A DNA stretch of 11,388 bases from Armatimonadota bacterium (GTDB lineage Bacteria; Sysuimicrobiota; Sysuimicrobiia; Sysuimicrobiales; Humicultoraceae): positions 1,285 through 12,672 of the forward strand of contig JBBIOM010000047.1 of the NCBI GenBank assembly GCA_037443365.1, read 5' to 3'. The notes beneath the pieces were generated by a model, which saw only the letters and a list, made by a program, of their open reading frames with translations, was not told where the DNA came from and did not search any database. Below are positions 5,198-11,388 of the stretch, piece after piece. A program made the position numbers and the translations under genes. Positions within the stretch are counted from its first letter, which is position 1, and each line of letters begins with the position of its first letter.

Positions 5198-7563
5198 TAG
5201 GGCCAGGTGAACGCGCGTTCGAGGCCCCCGGGCGCTGTGCCCACGGCGAAGGCCGCAGCGTCGGCCTCGAAGCCCACAAGCCGGACGGTCCCGGCGCGGC
5301 CCGGCCTGCGAAAGCCCACCAGGTCGCGCCGCCCGTCGGGCCAGATGAGGGCCACGCCCAGCGCGCCGTCGCCCTCCTGCCTGATGATGCGGGGAAGCCG
5401 GCTTTCTTCCCCGGCCCTGTGCGGCATGAGCACCGCGAGGAAGACCGCAGTGGGCTGGCTCGCTCGTGTCGAAGCGCACAGGTGCCATTGGTTGGGGCTG
5501 CGATCCTCGGGCGGCACGGTGAAGCGGTCGGTCTGGCTGAAGGTCAGGCCGACGGGCTCGAGCAAGCGCACGACCATTCCTGCCTTCCCTTCGTTTACTC
5601 GGATCTCGGCTGCGCCCTCGTTGACATCCATGCGCGAGAGGGCATGCAGCCACCACTCCCAGGTGGCCGGCTCGCGCGCGGCGAGTTCATCGTAGACGAC
5701 GAACACACCCGGATGCACGTGGACGATGCGGCGCACCGCCCGCAGCAGGCGGCCCTCGTATGCGGGTGTGGCGTCGCCCGCGGCGTAGTCGTAGGCACCG
5801 CCTGTGGCGAAGGCCTCGATCCTGCCGCGCGCACGGATGCTGCGCTTGCCCTGCCCTTCCCCGCCGTTAGTCGTGATCGCGTTCGATGCGCGGGTCTCGC
5901 GGGTCCAGAGATCGTGATGCGGCGAGGAGTACCAGGGGTAGTAGCCCGAGGCGATGGCAAGCGCCTCACCGTAGGCCTCGACCGCGAACGCGTTCTGGTT
6001 GGCGTGCCCGTGGCTGTGCGATCCGTAGGGACTGCTGCGAAAGAGCAGGTACACGTCGTTGTCAGGATCGCCCAACGCGGCGTGCATCGCCACCAGGCCC
6101 ACCGAGGGGAAGGCGCGGCTCCGGGGCAGCGCCGCGGGCGGGCGACCGGTCAGCGTGGGATCCGCGAGCACCACACCGAGGATGTCCGGGCTCGGTCCGC
6201 GCCCGCGCGCCTGCGCGTACCAGCGCGCCACCGGATCGCGCAGCGCCGACGAGAACCAGTACATGAGGCCGCCCAGCTCGACCCGGCCGTGCTGGCCGTC
6301 CCCAAAGGGCGCCAGGCGGTGATAGGGTGGCGCGGCGTAGGTGGCGTAGAGCGGCGTGTTGGCGAAGAACGGCTTGCGCATGATCTCCGCGCCGGTGGCG
6401 TTCCGCAACGCCACAGCGAAGTGCAGCATGAACCCCATGTACGAGCCCCAGTACGCCGGGCCTTCCGCCCAGCCGCCGTCGTCGCCGCCCCACGCCGGGT
6501 AGGAGGTCCAGTAAGCCGTGACGACGTAGTCCAGCCACTCGCGCGCCTCGGGCCACTCGTGCACGAACGCGAGTGCCACCTCGCCCAGAAACCCGATGAT
6601 GCGACCGGCGTGGCTCTCGTAGGGATTGCTCTCGAACGGCCTGCGCCGCAGCACCTGGTGCATCTGCTCGGCGCGTACGCGCATCACGCGCTCCAGTGCC
6701 TCCCGCTCGTCGGGGGGGATGCGGTCGAAGATCCAGTCGTAGGCCCGCACCCCGCGCATCATCATCCACATGGCCGGCTCGTCGTTGTGCGCCAGCTCGG
6801 TCGCCCCCAGCGGATCCCACGCGAAGAAGTGCCGCAGGCGGCGCCGCGCCTCGTCCGCGAAGCGCGCCTCGCCGGTTAGCAGGTAGGCCAGCGCGGCGCG
6901 CTCCATCGCGTCCATTGACGGTCGCGTGCCCCGGATGATCTCCGCGAAGACGCGTCCCCGGTCGGGCTGGGCGCGCGGCAGGAAGCCGGGTTCCGGGGGC
7001 AGCGGACCGCCCAGATCGCGTATGGCGGCGCGCGCAATTGCCTCTGCCAGGGCGCGCAGGTCGCCGTCCCGGGCGCGGGCGCGGTATGCGGCCACCTCCT
7101 CGGCGCGCACGAACAGGCGCGGGCGCCCCTGCGGTACCCGGGCGGCCATCGCCTCCACGCCGGGATAGGGCCAGGCCCGCGCGTCCGGGGGCACCGTGAA
7201 GACCCTCACGCGGCTCCAGGAGACAGCGCCGCCTGACGACTCGACGCCGTACCGCCAGGCCCAGCGTCCGGGAGCGAGCGCCTCGCGCAGCGCGTGCGAA
7301 CTCATCGTGATCGCGCGGACCGTCAGACCCCCGGGGGCTGCCGGGTCGGCCCCCGGACCCACCTGCAGCGCGTACCGCGCACCCCTCGCCACCGGAACCC
7401 AAACGAATGCCGGCGGCGTGGTGACAACCACCGAGCCATCGGCGGGTGAGTATGGCAACTCGAAATCCCCTGGGGGCCGGTCGAGCGCAACCGGTGCTGG
7501 AGCGCCGCCCGCCGGAAGCGCGAGCAGCAATACAGCCAGGAACGCGCTCCTGGCCCTTCTCAC
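5197..7563 (-). CDS. Exported polysaccharide/oligosaccharide lyase, DUF4962 + heparinase II/III-like domains, PL15 (oligoalginate lyase)-like
   Basis: 788 aa with signal-peptide-like N-terminus MRRARSAFLAVLLLALPAGGA. Motifs PPAFVW, RPRLF, PYESHAGR, WGGDDGGWAEGPAYW, PFGD, FRSSPYGSHSHGHANQNAF, SGYYPWYSSPHH are typical of this family. Confidence 0.85.
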   Translation of the reverse strand: MRRARSAFLAVLLLALPAGGAPAPVALDRPPGDFELPYSPADGSVVVTTPPAFVWVPVARGARYALQVGPGADPAAPGGLTVRAITMSSHALREALAPGRWAWRYGVESSGGAVSWSRVRVFTVPPDARAWPYPGVEAMAARVPQGRPRLFVRAEEVAAYRARARDGDLRALAEAIARAAIRDLGGPLPPEPGFLPRAQPDRGRVFAEIIRGTRPSMDAMERAALAYLLTGEARFADEARRRLRHFFAWDPLGATELAHNDEPAMWMMMRGVRAYDWIFDRIPPDEREALERVMRVRAEQMHQVLRRRPFESNPYESHAGRIIGFLGEVALAFVHEWPEAREWLDYVVTAYWTSYPAWGGDDGGWAEGPAYWGSYMGFMLHFAVALRNATGAEIMRKPFFANTPLYATYAAPPYHRLAPFGDGQHGRVELGGLMYWFSSALRDPVARWYAQARGRGPSPDILGVVLADPTLTGRPPAALPRSRAFPSVGLVAMHAALGDPDNDVYLLFRSSPYGSHSHGHANQNAFAVEAYGEALAIASGYYPWYSSPHHDLWTRETRASNAITTNGGEGQGKRSIRARGRIEAFATGGAYDYAAGDATPAYEGRLLRAVRRIVHVHPGVFVVYDELAAREPATWEWWLHALSRMDVNEGAAEIRVNEGKAGMVVRLLEPVGLTFSQTDRFTVPPEDRSPNQWHLCASTRASQPTAVFLAVLMPHRAGEESRLPRIIRQEGDGALGVALIWPDGRRDLVGFRRPGRAGTVRLVGFEADAAAFAVGTAPGGLERAFTWP

Positions 7564-7584
7564 CCGACTAGAGGAAGCGAACCG

Positions 7585-8457
7585 CTACAGGGGCTTCTCG
7601 ACATACAGGTATGTCCGCTCGACGGCGAAGCCCAGCGCGCGCAGGAACGGTCCGGCTACGGAATCGAGCGCCCAGACCGTCGCGTATGGCGCGGCCCCAC
7701 GCGTCCCGACGGCGGCTATTGCCGCGTGCGCGAGCGCGCGCCCCACGCCGCGCCGGCGGTGCGTCTCGCGCACGCCGACGAACCATTCTTGGCGGCCGGC
7801 GCGCGCCTCGACCGTCGAGACGCCGACCGTCAGCCCGTCCCTGCAGGCCACGAACCCCTTCCCATCCTTGGAGCGGAGCACCCGCTCGACGTCGTCAACA
7901 CGCCCGCGCTCATGGGCAACCTCGCGCACCAACCGGGTGACCTCGCGGGCGTCCGCGGCTATCCACCGGCGGATCTCGTAGCCCGCAGGAGGATCGGCGC
8001 TGGGGCGCTTGGGGCCGCGGTACCTGCAGACGAGCAGCGCGTTGGCGAAGGTCGCCCGCAGGTGCCGCGCCACCAGGAGGCCGAACGCGTTGGTCTCGGC
8101 CACGCGCAGGAGCATCGCGCTCTGGCCCGCGCGCTGGAACAGCGCCGTGAGGTGTGCACCAACACGGCCTACCATCGCCTCCTGTGTGCGGGCAGGGTGC
8201 GCGGAGAAGCCCTCGAGCAGGATCTCCTCGACAAGCCACTGGCCTGCCCCGCGGCCGACCACTAGCAGCCCTGCGGGGAGGCGGTTGATCTCGATTACAC
8301 AGACGTCCTTCTCCGATCGCGCCCACCACAGATCGGTGGGCTGCAGCGGACCGTCGCGATCGAAGGTGGCCGAGTAGCCGCCACCGTAGGACGCGTCCAG
8401 CACGCGCACGAACGTGGCGCCGTCTTCAACCGTCGCAGGACGAACGGCCAGGTGCAT
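7585..8457 (-). CDS. GNAT-family acetyltransferase, probably two GNAT domains
   Basis: 290 aa. VRPATVED and YEIRRWIAAD look like two GNAT strand-1 starts; C-terminal motif A VGVRETHRRRGVGRAL and FLRALGF. Confidence 0.82.
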   Translation of the reverse strand: MHLAVRPATVEDGATFVRVLDASYGGGYSATFDRDGPLQPTDLWWARSEKDVCVIEINRLPAGLLVVGRGAGQWLVEEILLEGFSAHPARTQEAMVGRVGAHLTALFQRAGQSAMLLRVAETNAFGLLVARHLRATFANALLVCRYRGPKRPSADPPAGYEIRRWIAADAREVTRLVREVAHERGRVDDVERVLRSKDGKGFVACRDGLTVGVSTVEARAGRQEWFVGVRETHRRRGVGRALAHAAIAAVGTRGAAPYATVWALDSVAGPFLRALGFAVERTYLYVEKPL

Positions 8458-8463
8458 CCGGCG

Positions 8464-8827
8464 CTACCGTTTCACAACCGGCGCGTCGGCCCAGAGCCGT
8501 TCGAGCCGGTAGAAGGCCCGGGTCTCGGGTCCGAAGATGTGAACCACCGTGTCACCGTAGTCGAGCAGGACCCACTGCCCTGCCTCATCACCCTCGCGAA
8601 CACCCCGGAACCGGTTCCCACGGAGTGCTTCTGCTATCGCCTCCGCCACGGCGCGCATCTGGACGCGGCTGGTCGCTGTGCACAGCACGAAGTAGTCCGT
8701 CACCAGCGTCTGTCCGCGCAGGTCAAGGATGACGACGTCCTGGGCCCGCTTCTCCTCGGCGACATCTGCGGCAAGCAGGGCCTTGCTCAGCGATTCCGGC
8801 CGAGATGCCCTGCGGGGCGCGCGGGGT

Positions 8828-8835
<8 letters not shown>
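8464..8835 (-). CDS. rsfS: Ribosome silencing factor RsfS (Iojap)
   Basis: EKRAQDVVILDL, TDYFVLCTATSRVQMRA, WVLLDYGDTVVHIF, RAFYRLERLWAD; follows nadD. Confidence 0.97.
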
Positions 8836-10606
<1,771 letters not shown>

Positions 10607-10628
10607 TGATCCTTGCTCGCCTGCGGGC

Positions 10629-10895
10629 CTAGACCGCAACTGCGACAGGGTGGACGCTGACCTGCCTGCCGTCACGGCCGCGGCGCTCGAAGGCCACGAC
10701 CCCGTCTGTGAGCGCAAATAGCGTGTGGTCACGGCCCTGGCCGACGTTGCGGCCGGCGGAGACCTTCGTGCCCCGCTGGCGGATCAGGACGCTGCCTGCC
10801 CGCACGACCTGCCCAGAGAAGCGCTTGACCCCCAGGCGCTTGCTCGTAGAGTCACGGCCGTTGCGGCTGCTGCCCACGCCCTTCTTGGATGCCAT
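10629..10895 (-). CDS. rpmA: 50S ribosomal protein bL27
   Basis: [41 protein letters not shown]. Confidence 0.98.
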   Translation of the reverse strand: MASKKGVGSSRNGRDSTSKRLGVKRFSGQVVRAGSVLIRQRGTKVSAGRNVGQGRDHTLFALTDGVVAFERRGRDGRQVSVHPVAVAV

Positions 10896-10917
10896 CTTCC
10901 TGTCCCCCTGATTCCGA

Positions 10918-11235
10918 CTAGCCCGGCTGCACCGCTATGCGCTCGATGCGCAGTTCGGTGAAGCCCTGCCTGTGCCCGGTCTTACGGCGGTAGTGCGCCT
11001 TGGCCTTGTACTTCATCACGATGACCTTGCGCGCCCGGGCGTGCCGCACAACGCGCGCCAGCACCGAGGCGCCCTCCACGGTCGGCGCGCCCACCCGCGT
11101 CTCGCCGTCGCCGACCAGCAGCACCCGGTCAAGGGTCACCTGGTCACCCGGCGCCCCGGGGATGCGCTCGACGCGCACCAGGTCGCCCTCGCGCACCGTG
11201 ACCTGCTTGCCTCCAGAGTCAATAACAGCGTACAC
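10918..11235 (-). CDS. rplU: 50S ribosomal protein bL21
   Basis: (M)[10 protein letters not shown]...VREGD...GAPTVEGA...[10 protein letters not shown]...[10 protein letters not shown]. True start GTG 11235 with SD GGAGGT 5 nt upstream; the track's TTG start is the -35 box. Confidence 0.98.
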   Translation of the reverse strand: MYAVIDSGGKQVTVREGDLVRVERIPGAPGDQVTLDRVLLVGDGETRVGAPTVEGASVLARVVRHARARKVIVMKYKAKAHYRRKTGHRQGFTELRIERIAVQPG

Positions 11236-11260
11236 ACAGCACCTCCGCCAGACCCGATGG

Positions 11261-11289
11261 ATTGTACCACGGGGCCCTGGGCGGGTCAA
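11261..11289 (-). promoter_or_regulatory. Strong sigma70 promoter of the rplU operon
   Basis: TTGACC (11289-11284), 17-nt spacer, TACAAT (11266-11261) with extended TGn. Confidence 0.88.
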
Positions 11290-11388
11290 TTCGCCTGCTT
11301 GCGCCTTCCCCGCAGCAACCCCAGCACCCGCCTGACGATCCCCTTCTTGCCATCGCCAGCCGATTGCTGCTCGGCTAGAGCCAGGGCC
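11286..11388 (-). CDS. C-terminal fragment of the upstream gene, product unidentified
   Basis: Frame open from the window edge (first full codon 11387): ...ALALAEQQSAGDGKKGIVRRVLGLLRGRRKQAN, TGA at 11288-11286 overlapping the rplU -35 box. Only 33 codons visible. Confidence 0.5.
   Translation of the reverse strand, partial: ALALAEQQSAGDGKKGIVRRVLGLLRGRRKQAN

Noticed and set aside
3172-6879. Long + strand ORFs (3172..4662, 496 aa; 4963..6879, 638 aa) and similar ones such as 8993..9976
   Set aside because: Antisense shadows of well-supported minus-strand genes, expected at this GC content; Arg/Ala/Pro-rich with no recognisable motifs.

Overview
High-GC bacterial DNA (sampled housekeeping lines ~70-75% GC). 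Most of the window is one tightly coupled minus-strand gene string: [3' end of an upstream gene]-promoter-rplU-rpmA-obgE-nadD-rsfS-tandem GNAT acetyltransferase-secreted PL15/heparinase II/III-like lyase-small 3-TM protein-smpB-purE-purK-tsaC(sua5)-ssrA (tmRNA, 1585->1236, tag ANTQYALAA). Beyond the tmRNA 3' end is an accessory metal/redox-sensing region with divergent sigma70 promoters. Leftward: an ArsR regulator (CVC plus C-terminal CxCxxC) coupled to a truncated ArsP/DUF318-like permease. Rightward, at lower GC (~60% by hand count): a one-Cys ArsR coupled to a 49-aa Cys4/His2 mini-protein that the ORF track missed. That ArsR + mini-protein unit is the best candidate for an undescribed system. 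Other points of note are purE-purK-tsaC lying between smpB and ssrA, the ssrA promoter embedded in tsaC, and an orphan exported lyase inside a translation operon. No integrase, transposase or CRISPR array is visible. All family calls rest on motif recognition, not database searches.
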